Below are positions 12,691 to 26,836 of a DNA stretch of 64,000 bases, piece by piece; position 1 is the first letter of the stretch; every line of letters begins with the position of its first letter. The notes under the pieces are model-generated. The model did no database searches. It was not told the DNA's origin and saw only the letters and a program-made list of their open reading frames with translations. Location: the NCBI RefSeq assembly GCF_018350175.1, contig NC_058368.1, positions 134,046,001 through 134,110,000 of the forward strand, in the 5' to 3' direction. The stretch is from Felis catus. Taxonomy: Eukaryota. Made by a program: the position numbers and the translations under genes.

Positions 12691-12873
12691 CTTTGCAGAT
12701 CAGCCCTTAGGATTGCTGTGGATGTTACTTCTGGATCCATCGTCCGGCTTCTGCTAAATGTATTCGGTTTATGGAAGGTCTCATCCTCGCATACCTGGGT
12801 CCCACCCCCATGCCTACTCCAATGCAGAACTCATCCTTTTTCAATTCCATAAACCTGCCAATACTTCTCCAGG

Positions 12874-12875
<2 letters not shown>

Positions 12876-12913
<38 letters not shown>

Positions 12914-12916
12914 TGT
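12876..12916. repeat. (TG)n microsatellite
   Basis: Direct reading; one TA interruption. Confidence 0.97.
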
Positions 12917-13602
12917 ATTCAGTAGGTTTTTCCAGGGGTTTTGGGAAACGAGGGGTGTTTAAATCTTCACTTCCATGACCCAGACTGATCATGGAGCTGT
13001 CATCTGATAGCAAGCTGCTTCCCTCGAAGACATGCTTGTTGTGCATCCCCCCAAAGGTTCCATCTTTCTTCCTGGCTCTGTGGTCCCTGCAACAGGACAC
13101 TCGGTGGCCTCACAATGCTTCTCTTCACTGCTGCTTCCCCCCGCTCAAGGTAGGAGCTCATTTTCTCAGGGAAGAGAAGCAGGGAATGAGCAAAAAGGTG
13201 GCAAGGGCTAGAGAAGAGAAGGCAGACAAAGAAGAGAGGAATCCATTAAAGCTGACCTGACCCGTCAGATGAAGTTTGGTTAATATAATTGGTATGTGTG
13301 TGCGTCCGTGCCTGTGTGTGTGTATGTGCGCACATGCACACACATAATTGCTTATATAATGACTTGCTGCATAATTAATGAATATGAAATAATTGTGGTT
13401 GGGAAATGTGGAAAATATGGACAAATCCAAAGGAGATAAATAAAATATTCATAATCTTATGATACAGAGAAGTCCTTGCTAAAATATTGCTGTGTCTCTC
13501 CACTTGTCTTTGTGTGGCTACACACATACCTGTATAACATGGTTTAGACCACAAATGACCATATGCCTGCCCATTGTTGATACCTCTGCTTAGGCTAAAG
13601 TG

Positions 13603-13604
<2 letters not shown>

Positions 13605-13644
<40 letters not shown>
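13605..13644. repeat. (GT)20 microsatellite
   Basis: Direct reading. Confidence 0.97.
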
Positions 13645-13646
<2 letters not shown>

Positions 13647-14479
13647 TTTTCCTTCTGACAGAGTGAACTTAGTTGGTACCTTTCTCTGGTCTTCCCAATG
13701 TTCTCAGAGCCTATGCACCTTTGCGGTGATGTCACTGTTTTTCTCAGCTTGGACCTGTGCCTCTCAGTATTTGCATCCCTACTTACCCTCTTTCAGGATG
13801 CCTTCTTGACCAGTTACTTAAGTGGAAACCGCCTCAATTCTCTGTGCCTCACCTGGCCCCACTGGGAGCTTCTCAGACAGGAGGGCCCGTTTGCAAAAGT
13901 TTTGATATGTGGATAAGCAGCAGCAGGAGACCCCTCCTGTTCCTTCACAGGTGCCTGTGAAATGGATCATTTCAACATTCAAAAACAAAGCAGCGTAATA
14001 TTAGGCTTGGAGATAAAAGCATAGGTTCAGGTCCATTTCTTTAGCCATGGTTTTTTGCATCTACTAGATAGGATATTAAAAGCAAGACCTTGGCTCAGGA
14101 TTATTGTAAAAATTCAACGCGATAAATAGGGAAGTGTGCTTAGCATAGTTCATGTGATACTGAGAGTACCCGCTTTATGAATGCAATGGTTCACCAACTG
14201 TAAGACCATAGAACCAAGTAATATGCAGTATTCAAAGGATATTCTCCCAAGGTGAACCATAAAGGTGGAACTCTCCTGCAAAGAATAACTGACCTGACGA
14301 TGAATTGAAGTGGAATTCATAGACCAATCCAATAGTAGCAGTATCTGTATGAGTACTTCCTCTATCCTGAGCATTTCACAGGGTTTCATTTAATTTTTGC
14401 TATAATCCTGTGAAGTGGACACCATCGCTTTGTCACTTTGAATCATTGAAATCCCAAAGGCTTAAATGATAAAAAAAAA

Positions 14480-14962
14480 AAATTCGTTTTCTCTCATGAT
14501 AGGAAGTTCATGAATTAGAGCAGTCTGTAAAGTTGGTTGACACACTGACCCAGAATGCCAAGTGCAGCCCTGACTCTTTGCCTCTCAACTGCCATCCCGT
14601 ACGTTGGCTTCAGTCTCAAGCTAGAAGCAAGATAGTGGCAGGAGTCCCACACATCACAGTCAAAGACCACGAAGTCCAGAGTGAGATTGTGTCTTTGTGT
14701 GGCTCTCTCTCAGAAGTGAGAATAATTCCCCTAAGTGTCTATAGTGGGTTTTCTTTTACATTTTATTCTTCAGAATTTTGCCCCTTTCTGAACCAATCAT
14801 TGAAAAAAACAAATGGAATTACTCTTAGCTCAGTCAGGTTCACTCTTGGAGTTAAGAGTGGCATTAGCTGCCATGCTTGATGAGAGTGGGTGGATACCTG
14901 GCAAAACTGGGGTCTTATTAAGAAGGAAGAATGGAAGCAGGTTTGGCACCCAGTAGCATCCA
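14480..14962 (-). mobile_element. MLT1K/L-like MaLR solo LTR between MIR fragments (~14345-14440 and ~14970-15090)
   Basis: GCAAGATAGTGGCAGGAGTCCCACACATCACA and AAAACTGGGGTCTTATTAAGAAGGAAGAA motifs; MIR core CCCTATTTTTCAGATGAGGAAACTG follows. Confidence 0.6.
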
Positions 14963-15749
14963 ATGAAAGGATCATCCCTATTTTTCAGATGAGGAAACTG
15001 GCAATCACAAAATTTAAGTAAAGTATCTGATGTCCTGTGGCTAGCAAGGGGCAGAGGCAAAATTGTAATCTATGATTCATGTGACTCCAATGATTACACA
15101 TTTCTGAAACCGCTAAATACATAGTTGGCCTGGTCTTTTGCAAATATTCTGATCATGAAGGTATGGTTGGAGCAAGATTCTTTCAGAAGATTGTAAAGGC
15201 TTATGGATCTTTTGAAACCCAACACGTGGCAGTGTGGAGTGCTGAGAATACCGTGTGTAGCCAACGTGATCTGGCACAGAGCCAGAAGTGAGGTGGCACT
15301 TCTGGGGACACAGTGGGGGTGAAAAGGCTAATGCTTCAATGGAGACATATTGTACAAAGGGTGTGTACGGTTTTGTGCCAGAGTCCAAGCTGTCAAAAGG
15401 ATAGGGAGACAGAAAGCAGTGTCCACATTAGACATCAGTAATTTTTCCACTGCCAGAAATTCCAGGCTCTGTATTCTTCACAAATGTCTACTTAGCTGTT
15501 CATCATGAGATCAGATAGGGGTAAACACTCCTCTCATCGATATACATAATGAAAAGGAGAATCTCGGGGAGTCAGTTTAGCCTGAGACCCCACAGCTAGA
15601 ATTCGAGTTTTTCCACAATCGGGCCCATGGATTCCATCCTTGACCTTCCCCTTGCTTCACTTGCACTCCTTGACTGTGTCTTCAACGACAGCCCGAATGC
15701 CAGTGGTGTTTAGGTCTAGGTTTCAGACTCCTGCCTTTTGCCATAAACT

Positions 15750-16512
15750 CCAGGATTTGGTCCCAACTATCTGTGGACACCTTCATTGATTACCTCAGAG
15801 GCTTCTCAAATTCAGCCTGCCCAAATGAATTTATATCTGCTCCCACCAAAGCCAAAACCAGAACATTTGTTTGTACTTCATAGTCTTTTGAGTCAGACAC
15901 CACCATCCAGCTGGTAGTACAAAATAGAGCCCTTGGAATAATGTTAACGCCTGGCATCTAAATGACATCCACACGGTCTCCATGTCCTGATATCCCTACT
16001 TCCCTTTATCTAGCCATCTTCCAGCTCTCCATCCCTGTTGACTTTGTCCTACTTAAGGATTTCATGCTTGGGCTTTTTCAATAGTTTTTGCCTGTCCTCT
16101 CTCGTCACGCCCTTTCTCTCCCCCATCAAACTTGTCCTCCACATTGCCCTTGAAGGTATCTTTCTAAAACACAGACATAGTCATACCACTTTCCTGAGTG
16201 ACGTCTTGACAGGTTCCCCAGTATCTGCTGGATAAAGTTCATCCTCTTCAGAGTCTCTCATAAAGCCTTTCATAGTCTTGTCCCAGTTTGCCCTTGGCGA
16301 ACTTTCTTGTACCCTAGAGAACTAATGCCTGTCTTTCAGGACCCAGCACATGTATTCCTCCTGGTTCCCTGTGCTTGTGGCATTATGTTGTGATGCATCT
16401 TTTCTTTTTTAGGCTGTGCCTTTCTATACTGTGAGGATCACGATTTTCTTTCTATTTGTGTCTCCTATTCAGCTAGTAGGGCCTGGAAGATAAGTGTTGT
16501 TGGAAATGAAAT
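15750..16512 (+). mobile_element. L2 LINE 3' fragment
   Basis: GGCTTCTCAAATTCAGCCTGCCCAAA, CACCACCATCCAGCTGG, ATCTTTCTAAAACACAGACATAGTCAT, GGATAAAGTTC L2-like motifs. Confidence 0.65.
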
Positions 16513-16879
16513 AACTTCTTTCTGCTTTGTATCTTTTCATGGTTAACATTCATGGTTAAATGCTAAACTAATGAATGCCTATGTTTTGGTTTCTGGGTTT
16601 TTTTTTCTTTGTTTGTTGTTTTTAAACCTTCACACCATTCACATAGGTACACATGTCCCTTTTAGCAGTTCCTATTTTGGGTAATGATGCTCTCACCCTC
16701 AGACAACAGTATGGATGATAGTGACCTTTGTGGTCCCTGTTCCTTGAAAATCTATCCCGATATAAATATGTTGGATGTCATGAGAACTATCAGCCTCAAG
16801 TTTATACTATGTCCCTCATTGCTGCACATGTATTGAACCATTTATTTTAATTATTTCAACAACAGAGTAATCTTTGTAC

Positions 16880-17015
16880 TACTTTTTCCCCAACTTCTTT
16901 ATACACGAGGAAACTGAAGCACAGAGGTTAGGTACCTTGGCCAAGATCATACCACTCAGTAAGTGATGGAGCAGGGGTGGGAAGCAGCTGGGTCAGATGT
17001 CTTTTGCTCATGATC
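16880..17015 (-). mobile_element. MIR
   Basis: GAGGAAACTGAAGCACAGAGGTTAGGTACCTTGGCCAAGATCATACCACTCAGTAAGTGATGGAGC. Confidence 0.8.
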
Positions 17016-17312
17016 GAGAGAACTTGGTCTGTCCTGTTCCAGAGCTCATGATCATGACCACTAATGGGCTCTGGAACCACTAGCAATGGCCTTGTTTTCA
17101 TGTGATAGTTACAGTTAATCATTTGTTTTTACAAGAGAAGGAAAGAGGGAGCGAAAAAAGGGAGAGAACAGAGAGGAAAAGAGAAAGACCTATAGCTATA
17201 CATCAGTTTATACTATATTTCAAATGACAAGGTCCTTTTTCTTTCCAAAGTGTAAGCAGAATGATGACTATACCCTGATGTTGGTCAACCCTGATGTTGA
17301 AAGTGGATTTGA

Positions 17313-17534
17313 GGGCACCAGGGTGGCTCAGTCGGTTAAGCGTCCAACTCTTGGTTTCTGCTCAGCTCATGATCTCCTGAACCCTGAGTTCAAGCCCCTT
17401 GTAGGGCTCTGTGCTGACAGCTTGGAGCCTGCTTGGGATTCTCTCTTTCCCTCTCTCTTTGTCTCTGCCCCTTCCCCATTCATGGTCCCTACCTCTCTCT
17501 CTCTCTCTCTCAAACTAAATAAACTTAAAAAAAA
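17313..17534 (+). mobile_element. CanSINE
   Basis: GGGTGGCTCAGTCGGTTAAGCGTCC head; perfect TSD GAAAGTGGATTTGA at 17299-17312 and 17535-17548. Confidence 0.97.
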
Positions 17535-19315
17535 GAAAGTGGATTTGATTTTATTCCTTTTCTTCTACACTACTTACCTAGGCATCCCCTCTCCCCCATA
17601 CACAGCAAAAGTTTAGTGCTTTTCTGCCTGAGGGTTTGAAATGCTCTGACTCCCTAGAAACCCAGGTTCAAATCCTAGCAGAATGCTTACACTTTGGAGA
17701 GAAGAAAAAGGATCTTGTCATTTGAAATATAGCATAAACTGATGTATAGCTATAGGTCTTTCTCTTGATTCTCTTCCTGTCTCTTCTCTCCCTTTTCTCC
17801 TTCCCTCTTTATATACATTTAACCTCGAATTCTCTCTATGTCACTGCTATTGTTCATTGGGTTTACAGTCCTGTGCTTTTGCTCTGGGATCATTTTTTCC
17901 ACGTTGTGTATTCTCTCCTCACCGAGAAGGCATGCCCCATGCCTGCGAGTTTTCTCTCTGCACTACTACTTAGGATACAATGTTTGATATGAAATATGTG
18001 CTAAACAGTGGCTTGGGGACAGGCTTCCTGGTGGATAGGAAACTGTTTTCTCCAGCCAGCCTTCCATGGTCCCCTGTTTGTTAGAGGGGTGATGAAGTCC
18101 TTCCTGGTTCTGTGGATCTGCGTTTTTGCTTCCAATCAAATGTCCCTACTTAAAATCAGTGATACTATGTCAAGGTTGCTCCTGAGAAGTAGGACAGTAC
18201 CCTGGGATGGAGGAAGTCATTACTTTGTAGAACTGGAGGAGTCCTAGGACTGATGTGTTCAGATTACAGAAGATAATGCCCAGCGGGTCTTGCGAGGAGA
18301 GGGTGGGCATATTTAGGGACTCAGCAATGATATTTCTCTTCTTTTAACTACTCTCTAACTTATTTTTCTCCTCACACGCTTAAGGCCTGCTCAGGCTTCC
18401 CTGGTGGAAGGAGTGCTTGAAGGTGGCATAGGGAGGGAGGTAGATTACAAACCGTGTGAACTCAATCTCACTAGAATCCACTTGGTGACAGAATATTGTT
18501 TGCTAGATTCTGTGCTGGAAGGTTCTCTTTTTACTATGCATTGTGATTGATACTGAGTTAGTTAAATCTCGTCTCTGATTGTGGGAGGCAGAGAGGGACA
18601 GGGAACAAAGAAACACATGCATACATACAAATTTCTGATGATTCATTGTTCCACCGTGTGCAAAGGGAACCACGTTTTTGAATTCCCAGCCTGGCGCACA
18701 TGTGTTCCTCACGTGCTCCCCTGCAACCCCTTCCCTGTCTGCTCCAGGCCTGTTGTGGAATCCTGAATCCTGGGGGACCTTTGTAGTGCTGCCCTCAGGA
18801 GAGAGAAATCCTGCTGCAGGCTACCTCCCTGAGGCTGGAAAAATGGAACCTCCATCTCTGGCCAACTGAAGCGGAATGATTCATTTCCTGTCATTAACAG
18901 AGTGAGAAAGATGTCGTTCACAGAGTTCTTTAAGCTGTAAAAGCACATTATGCTAAATACTCAATTTCCTGATGGATGGCATCAGCCCTCCTAATTTCCT
19001 CTCAGCAGCAGCGCTGCTTTTGGATGTTTGAGATTCTGGAGGCCGATGGAGCACATACTAAGTGGTTCAGGTGCTCTCTTGCAGTCAGAGGGGAGAGAGG
19101 ATATTACGCTACCTCAGCCCTGGATTAACATCGTGATGTCAGCTTTTCCCTGAGAGGTAGTGATGTTTAATCCTCAGGTTGCTATAGAATCTTTCTAAAT
19201 ATTTAGGCATTGGATCTCAGGTTAAAACTGGAAGGTACAGGCTTACCAGGGCGTAAAGCAACTGAAACAAAACCGGTACCAAAAACCAAACTCCCACTTA
19301 ACATTGCAGTGGGTG

Positions 19316-19521
19316 TGCGACACCTGGGTGGCTCAGTCCGTTGAATGTCTGACTTTGGCTCAGGTCACGATGTGGTTTGTGAGTTCGAGTCCTGCATCGG
19401 GCTCTGTAGTGACAGCTTGGAGCTTTTTTGGGATTCCCTCTCCCCCCTCTCTGTCCCTACCCCTCCTGCACTCTCTCCCTCTCTCAAAAGTAAGTAAACG
19501 TTTAAAAAAATGTTTAAAAAA
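19316..19521 (+). mobile_element. CanSINE
   Basis: CACCTGGGTGGCTCAGTCCGTTGA head, GAGTTCGAGTCC B box, CT-rich segment, A-rich tail. Confidence 0.93.
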
Positions 19522-20734
19522 TCCTAACCCTTCTTAGGATACGAATCTTTCACCTAGAAAAACAAGTTTGTGTCAAATAGTCCATTTACTTCCTTCCCTT
19601 TTTTGATACGATAGGATTATATGGTCATAGATTTGAATATTTAAGATACTTCTTTACACAAAGGTCAAAGAATTTCATCTTCTTTCCTATCTAGTTGCGG
19701 AATGCCTTCAGAAGAAACAAGATGGTAACTAAATTTCCCTTGTTATAGGTGGCCAAGGCCCTGAAGTTAGAGATTAAGTGATTTGTTGGGGGTACCACAA
19801 CTATAGTTGGGATCTGGTGTAAAAACACACATTCTCATGCACTGTTCAGTGCAGCTGGTACTTGACATTGATAATGCATCTCAAGTGACTCCTAATCTCT
19901 GTGTATGGTATACCTAAAGAATACACCCCAGGCTGCAGATTGGGGCTCAGCCTTTTTATGCTTGGGGCTTCTGCGTGGCTGATTTCACCCCCGTGAGAGT
20001 GTCATGATGTTGGCTATCACCAATGGCTATCCCCATTTTGCCAATGAGAAAACCGAGACCCAAGGTCTTACAGCTGCCAGAGACTGCAGTAGGGTTTGGA
20101 TACAACTCTACCTGACCCATCCTGTATTAGCTGCCTGTGGCACATAGACAAACAGATATATGAACGTGAAACAGATACAGCAGGCGTGTGTTCATCATTC
20201 ACCAACATTGACAGGGAGTCAGTATTCTCAGAAAAACTGAAGAGTAAACATTTAGGATCAAATTTGATTTGCTGGTTCCTAGTTACAGTAAAATTGTTAG
20301 CGTCTATTTCCTTTTGGCCAGGGTTAACATTCTGAAAGAAAGAGAGGGTTGTTGTACACAGGGGTTTTCTATGAGTGACGAAAGGATGGGAGCCCCAAGG
20401 GAGAGGAGGCTGGTCGAAGAGGACTTCCCTACAGTGTGGCCTCAGTGGCCTTGATTGTCTTAGGAGAGATCTGATTTTGGGCAAGGACACTGGGCAGAGT
20501 GAGAGAAGGGGCCCTAGGCAGCTGTTAACAAGATGTAATTAGCCTTGAAGGGCCCAGGAACCTCCTGACCTCGGGAGGATACCATCTGAAAGCCAGAAAT
20601 CTCAGCAGGGGAGCTGAAATCTGAGAGAGGGCAGAGAAAGCCTTCTGACATGACAAGCTGGGAAAGGGGGAGAGTTACTCTGGGTTCAGTCCATCTTTGC
20701 CGATCTGGTAAGAAAACCTCTAGCTTGGGAATCA

Positions 20735-20908
20735 GAATGCTCTCCTGGTATCAGCATCACTTGGGAACTTATCAGAAATCGCCTGCTCAGACCTTCTACC
20801 ACATCTACTAAATCAGAAGTGCTGGGCTGGGGACTAACCAAACAGGTTTTAGCAAGCTGTCCAGGTTTTGCATGCACCTAATCTTTAATCTTTGAGAAGC
20901 ATGGCTGT
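20735..20908. mobile_element. MER5A-like hAT-Charlie MITE
   Basis: CAGCATCACTTGGGAACTTATCAGAAAT...CTACTAAATCAGAA...TTTTAGCAAGC...TTTGAGAAGCATGG. Confidence 0.75.
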
Positions 20909-21059
20909 AAAATAGACAGGGCCATATAGATTATCTCTGCTAACAGAATGAGAAAGAAGCTTGTCACAGGTAAAATTTTACATTTGTTAGTGTGATTGTT
21001 TGACTAATAGCCATGTACTAGGCTTTAAATGCACACCACGTGCCAAGGATGGCTAGATG

Positions 21060-21291
21060 TTTACCGGGCACAGAGGAAGACTATGTTTCCCAGCCTTTCT
21101 TGAAGTGTAGTTGGCTATACGGTTGGGTTTTGGCCAATGGGATGTCATGGAATCCATGTTAAAGCATGGATCCTGAGAGAGACACTGCCAGCCTGTATGA
21201 GACTATGAGAACAAACCTGTATTGTATTAAGTACCTAAGATTTGGGGATTGTTTCTCGCAGCAGCTTCTATTAACTAGCCTGATTAATACA
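21060..21291 (+). mobile_element. MLT1(I/J-like) MaLR LTR fragment
   Basis: GACTATGTTTCCCAGCC...TGGCCAATGGGATGT...AAACCTGTATTGTATTAAG...GATTTGGGGATTGTTT...CAGCAGC...CCTGATTAATACA terminus. Confidence 0.75.
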
Positions 21292-24169
21292 GACTGTAAG
21301 CAAAAGAGTGGGAACTAACTGGTCCAGTGTTGGCTCACTGTTATATCCAGGTTTGATATTCAGAATGTTAACCATTGCTGTGGCCCAGTGAATCCACACG
21401 GACACTGCCTTGAGCACTGGGTAGGATCCTGGAGACGCTCTGCATTTCTATGTTAACTCTTTAGTTGAATGATTTGGGGGAAATCCAAGGGTTCCAGAAG
21501 GGAGGAGATATTGCGTGGGAGAGTATGGAAGAGCTTCAATATTTTAATAGCATACACACCTGTGGTGGTGCATGCCAATTATATCACTGATGCTTAGCAC
21601 AATCCTGGCACAAGTAGGTGTCCAATAAATCCTTTTATTTTTTTAGTTTAAACCAGATAATTTGAATTTAATGCAGCCAAGGTCCTAATTGAGCATTGAA
21701 GGTACAAATTGAAGACATCTGTTTAGAGTCTCTCCTGATGTAAATAATCCATGGAACCTAGGGATGTCTATATGGGCTCCATTCGATTTATTTGCCCTAA
21801 AGGATGAACAAGGACCTCCTTTTACAATTGTGAGTCCTCGATCTTCGTTGGGTTTCCAAATCCTTTTGGCGTTTGATGAAATTTACAAGTTCCCTTCCTA
21901 AAGGAATGTAGATATACGCATAAATGCAAGGATGTGGATTCTTTTCAGGGATTCATGTGTCATTTGAGCTCCATTTCCAGGCATGAACAGTAAAACATGG
22001 AGAAATGCAGTTTCTGGAAGTCGCTAAGTGTGCGCCAGGACTTGCTTGCCTTTGAGCAAAGAATACATACAACTCATAAAAACAGGACTTGGGAGGTTTC
22101 TGCGGCATCTGTAAATTCACTGATGTTTGCTTTTTCTCAGTTCCTGTCTTGTAGCCTGTAGTGAATAGTGTCATAAACTTAAAAAACAAAACAAAACAAA
22201 AGGGTTTATGGCTTTGTATAGAAACAGGTATTAGCATTCACGTCATAATTTGTAAATGGGTTTTGACTTACACACTAGGGCAGTGTATAAAAACCCACAT
22301 GTTAAGTCCACACACTTTCTTCTCTTGTCTCCGATTCTTCTTAGAGAAACAAGAGGTTCTTCGCACTGCCAGAGCCTGTTTATTTGAACACCCACCATTG
22401 GGGGACTACCTTCCTGTTCTCCCACTGGATATAAAAACTGTCGGATGGTGAGCCCTGGCGATCTGAAGGGAGGAATTTGTGGCAGGTGGGCAGTTGAATG
22501 ACTCACTTCCCGACATTGATACAGTGGGAAAAATCTCATTCATAAATGTTCTCTCACTTGCAGCCACTTTAGCTTTAGGAGGTTTTTATTACTGGGTCAT
22601 TCCAGACCCTAAAGAGTCTTTGGCATGATCTCAAGGGATGTGAGGACACTTGTTGTTCCACAGTGTAGGGCCACTCCAGGGGCCAGAGATAGACATTCAT
22701 CCTGAAACAGAGGTTGACGTGGTGCCAGAAAAAATGAAGTGGCAGTTTTTTAAGGTAATGCAGACTCAAAGTAACCCTTAGCAAGGTTTAAAAAAAAAAA
22801 AACTGTTATGGCTGCCTAGACCTGTTGCTGTGAAATGAGTCCCTACATTTTCATGTCTGAGGATTAGGTATTTTAGGGAAAGGGATTTAGAGAACCTTTG
22901 TAGTTGGCCACAAGCAGATAGGGCGTGCTGTGTAGACGTGCTATCCAGACAGGGGCTGGCAGTGCTTCTGCTTGGCTGCAGCAGGTCTCTGTGGACAGGT
23001 GCAGCGAGAATAAAGCCAAAGGTGGGTCGAGGAAAAGGCTGGGGGCACTTGGGAGCACCTCAGCAAGAATTTGAGCTTCATTCCATGAGCCATAAAATAT
23101 TATTCAACATCTCAGCATGTGAGAGTGAGGGAAGCAGTGGCATGATTGTCCAGGAGAGAAGCCAGGAGTGGCACAGACTGGACACATTGGGTGTGTGTGC
23201 CCAAACAGATCACCTACCCGGGTCACTTTGCCTTGAATCTGCTGTGAGTTTGCTCCTCAGACACTTGGTGGTTGTCACCCTTGTGCCCTGGAGGAGCCCC
23301 ATACACATACACATGTGATGGGCTGGCAAGGCTGAGCCATGGGCAGAGGTTGATTGGGGAGGGAGAACGTGGTACCAGGAGTAAGGAAGGTAAAACAAAG
23401 GTCAGGGATGAGGTTACAGACAAAACTGGAACCAGAGAAAATGTCAGGGGTCACAGAGTCAGAACCAGTCAGGAACCATGGATCCTGTGGGTTTTGGGGA
23501 GCCTTATGGTGGGGCTCCCTAGAACCAGGCCATGAGGGCAGAGCAGCGGTCTCCAGATAAAGAAGCATCCCGTGTTGGGCCTGTTACGGGGCTTGTGCTC
23601 TAGCCAATGGGTTCCATGCAGGCCTCAAGCAGCTTGATCACCATGTCACCAAGCCTCAGAGAGCTTTGGTCACTTGCCCTGAACCACACACATCCTGACT
23701 GTACCAAGCTTGGAGCTCAGACTCATTCTTGGATCTGTTTAGTGGTTATGTGGGAACTTAGGTAGAACTGGCTTTGTTGTTCATCTTGGTATAACATGAA
23801 ATGGGGGCTGGTCTTTCCCTTGGGGTGCAAGCCTACCTGTGTGCTAAATGGAGACCCTGACAGGTCCCAGAGAAGCCCGAGACTGTGAAGGCTAGAGGTT
23901 TTCTGCCTTCTTTTCACCCTGATGGCGGATGCGAATCTGATAGACAGACTTTGTATGGAAGTCCGGGATATGCTGGCCTTGAAGCTGGGCCGCCTTCTCC
24001 CTCACTGAGATCCCTGGCATTCTTTGAAGCAGATGAGTGCTTTCATTCCTCAGAAAGAAAGAAGGAGAAAGCAAAAATTTGGTGGAGCACAGGTCATGAG
24101 AGCATCTTTTTCTGGGGAGATGTGTTTTGTGTTTTTCTCTGGAACAACTTTGAAAGACTGCTGATCCGA

Positions 24170-24400
24170 GAAGGGGTTCTGGAGTCAGAATGTCTGAGTT
24201 TTATCCTGGCTGTATTGCTACCTGAATGCCTGAGCTTGGGTAAGTTATCAACTTTCCCTGACCCTCAGTGTCCTCATCTCTAAAAAGGGCTAATGATAAT
24301 AGTTTCTACTTCATGCATTTGTTTTTAGGTTTGAATGAGATGATACAGGAAGAGGACTCTATTAGTGCCTGACAGAGTATGCCCTCAGAAATGTTAGTTG
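24170..24400 (+). mobile_element. MIR
   Basis: CTGGAGTCAGAATGTCTGAGTT...CTTGGGTAAGTTATCAAC...CCTCAGTGTCCTCATCTCTAAAAGGG...AATGAGATGATA. Confidence 0.85.
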
Positions 24401-26489
24401 CCAACAGGGTGGTGATAATGACCTCAGAGTCTATACCCAGTTTCACACTAGCAAAGAGGCATTTCTCATAAGCAACTGGGAAGGTGACACCGAGGAGGGT
24501 TATGTTGGTGGGAGTTGATCTTATAAAGAGCAAGAACTTGCCTGGAGGGGTGAGGGTGTACCACTCCTGAAAAATTACTTCCTAGCTGGTGAACCTCACT
24601 CTCTTGGATGACTCATTGGCAGAAGCGAGCTGCACGGTCCATAACGAGGAGCAGTTTTGTCCCCTCCTGTGGGACTGGTAAAGCTATAGACCTAGTGTCA
24701 GGGGAAGGAGGTAAGGGGCTGGCACGGAGGGGGAAAGGAGGGGGCAGGTGGGAGAGAGAAGCCCTGGCTAGAAACCGAACCAGAAACCTATCTCAAACAG
24801 AAGACAGCTCTTGAATCAACATGAAAAGTCACCCCAAAAGGCCAGATGTGCGACCCCATGAGAAAGTTTATCCTCCAGATGTGACATTTTAATGCGATTA
24901 AAACAAGCCTTGACAAAGTTAAGCCAGACAGGGGGCAGAGGGTAGGGGCGGTCTGTGAACTACAGATTCTTTGTGAGGTGAATAAAATGTATAGGAATTC
25001 TCTCCAAAGCCTCAGCAGACTTAGTATAGACCAGTAATTGCAGACTTAGTATAGTTCTAATGAGAAAGCGTTTTAGTTTGGCAAACACATCTGTGCTGCG
25101 TGTCCCAAAGCCCAGCAGTATTCCTCTGCTTGCCTTTTGAACTCTAAGAAGTGGCACAGCAAACTCCAGTAATCACAGGAGATTTCAGATTGCCAGTGGG
25201 TTTATACCAGAAACATCTTAGCACAGGGCTTAAGAAAACCTCACACTCCAATTATGTGCTGAGAAAGGTCCCTGGGTGGAATTTCCTTAAGAAGAATGCC
25301 AGTGTTTCGTACAGAGAGTTCAGCAAGCAGAGGCCATTTTGATGTCCTGCTCTAAAGCCAGTGTTTTTTGCACAATTTCCATGGAAAAGTGGTGAAAAGT
25401 TCTGTAGCCATTAAGTTTCTGTGATTTTGGACCGCTTTGCCTTCTAGCAGAGGGGCACTGGTAAAGAGGATTCTAAGACAGTGAGCTATGTGGAAAAAGC
25501 AGGCAGATTTTAAAAATTTGAAAATAACACGCATTCTTGGGGTACATGTGACTAGAACTCTATTGTGTGGTTTGAAGTGCTGGGTTCTTGGACTGAATTT
25601 TCAGCCTCTTCTTACTGTGGCCTTTGTGAACAGATCACTAAGTCTTTGTCATGGTTCTTGCAGCAGCAAAAGAGAATAGAAAATAATTCTATTCCTCGAT
25701 AGTAGCACTAGGATTGGACGAGAGAGGGTGAAGTCTCGCTTGAGAAGCTGTGTGTGAGTGTATGTCCGTGGCATTTTTCTGTGGCTTGTAGCAGATGCAG
25801 CAGTCCTGCAGTCATCTCAGGTTGTACAAGATCACCAAGGCCAGGAGAGGCAGTAGGTATAGACGAAGTGAGCTGCCGGTGCTGAGGTATACACAGACAG
25901 CACATCTGTGTGTGCCTACTTCTAAGGCAGGGTCTAGTTGGTATGAGCATGCGGGTAGGTATTGTTTCGGTATTTATTGTTCTAGACACTGTGCAGGCCT
26001 GAGTTTACCTGTTGGGATAGCCTTACCAGGCAAAGGTAAAAGCTCTAGAAGTTTTGAGGTGAACAGATTCTGTGTTAGAGCCAAGACTCTTTTCAGGAGC
26101 CAGCTCACCACTGAAGCTGTCTTCCAAAACAACATGAAGACTTACTACTTACTAACTGTGTATTAAGACACAGGGTGCCTATTGAGGGTTCCTATTGCTA
26201 ATTGGACAGAGTGTCTTAGATCCAGGGTCCAAAGCCCTGAGAGCCCCAGGAACTGACTTCCAGCTTTTAGCATGGCATGCTTCCTCCTCGGCCAACCACA
26301 CTTTTCCCATCCCTCCTACTGTTGACAGTAACACTGAGTGATTGCCTCTTGGGTATGTCTCTCCTCATCCTGTTTTCTGGTTGCTTTCATTCTGGGTAGA
26401 GCCTCAGCAGTTCTGGGGCAGAAGAAGAAAGAACCATCACTTGGTCCTGTGGGGTTCTGTTTGCTGGCACAGCCTGTAGCACAGTGAAC

Positions 26490-26836
26490 ACTGTGTTCAG
26501 TCATAAGCGCACTTTGCCCAATGCTTCTCATTCTCTGTCCTGGGTATGTGTGTAGGCTGCTTGTCCTAGCTCCCTGATGGTCGGGAGAGACCATTTGAGT
26601 AGACCTGGCAAATGAGTTGTGAGTAAAGGGACATGTATCACCTCCCAGTTGGAAGATCTCAGTGCCAATGTGAGACATTCCAGAGCTCTCCCTTCTGGAA
26701 AGCACCCAAGATGGTAACTTGACTCTGATAAAGGGACCCTTTCTGCTCACCTGTGACAGAGACCTGCATTGCTTGTAAGTGGCTCAGATTTTGGAGTTTA
26801 CTTGTTAGGGCATCATAACCTGGCCTATCCTGACCA
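26490..26836 (+). mobile_element. MLT1J-like MaLR LTR
   Basis: CTGGCAAATGAGTTGTGAG...GCCAATGTGAGACATTCCAGAGCTCTC...GATTTTGGAGTTTACTTGTT...CATAACCTGGCCTATCCTGAC. Confidence 0.7.

Noticed and set aside
17272..17299. Direct repeat ACCCTGATGTTG x2 upstream of a SINE
   Set aside because: Short local duplication with no further structure; not the SINE TSD.
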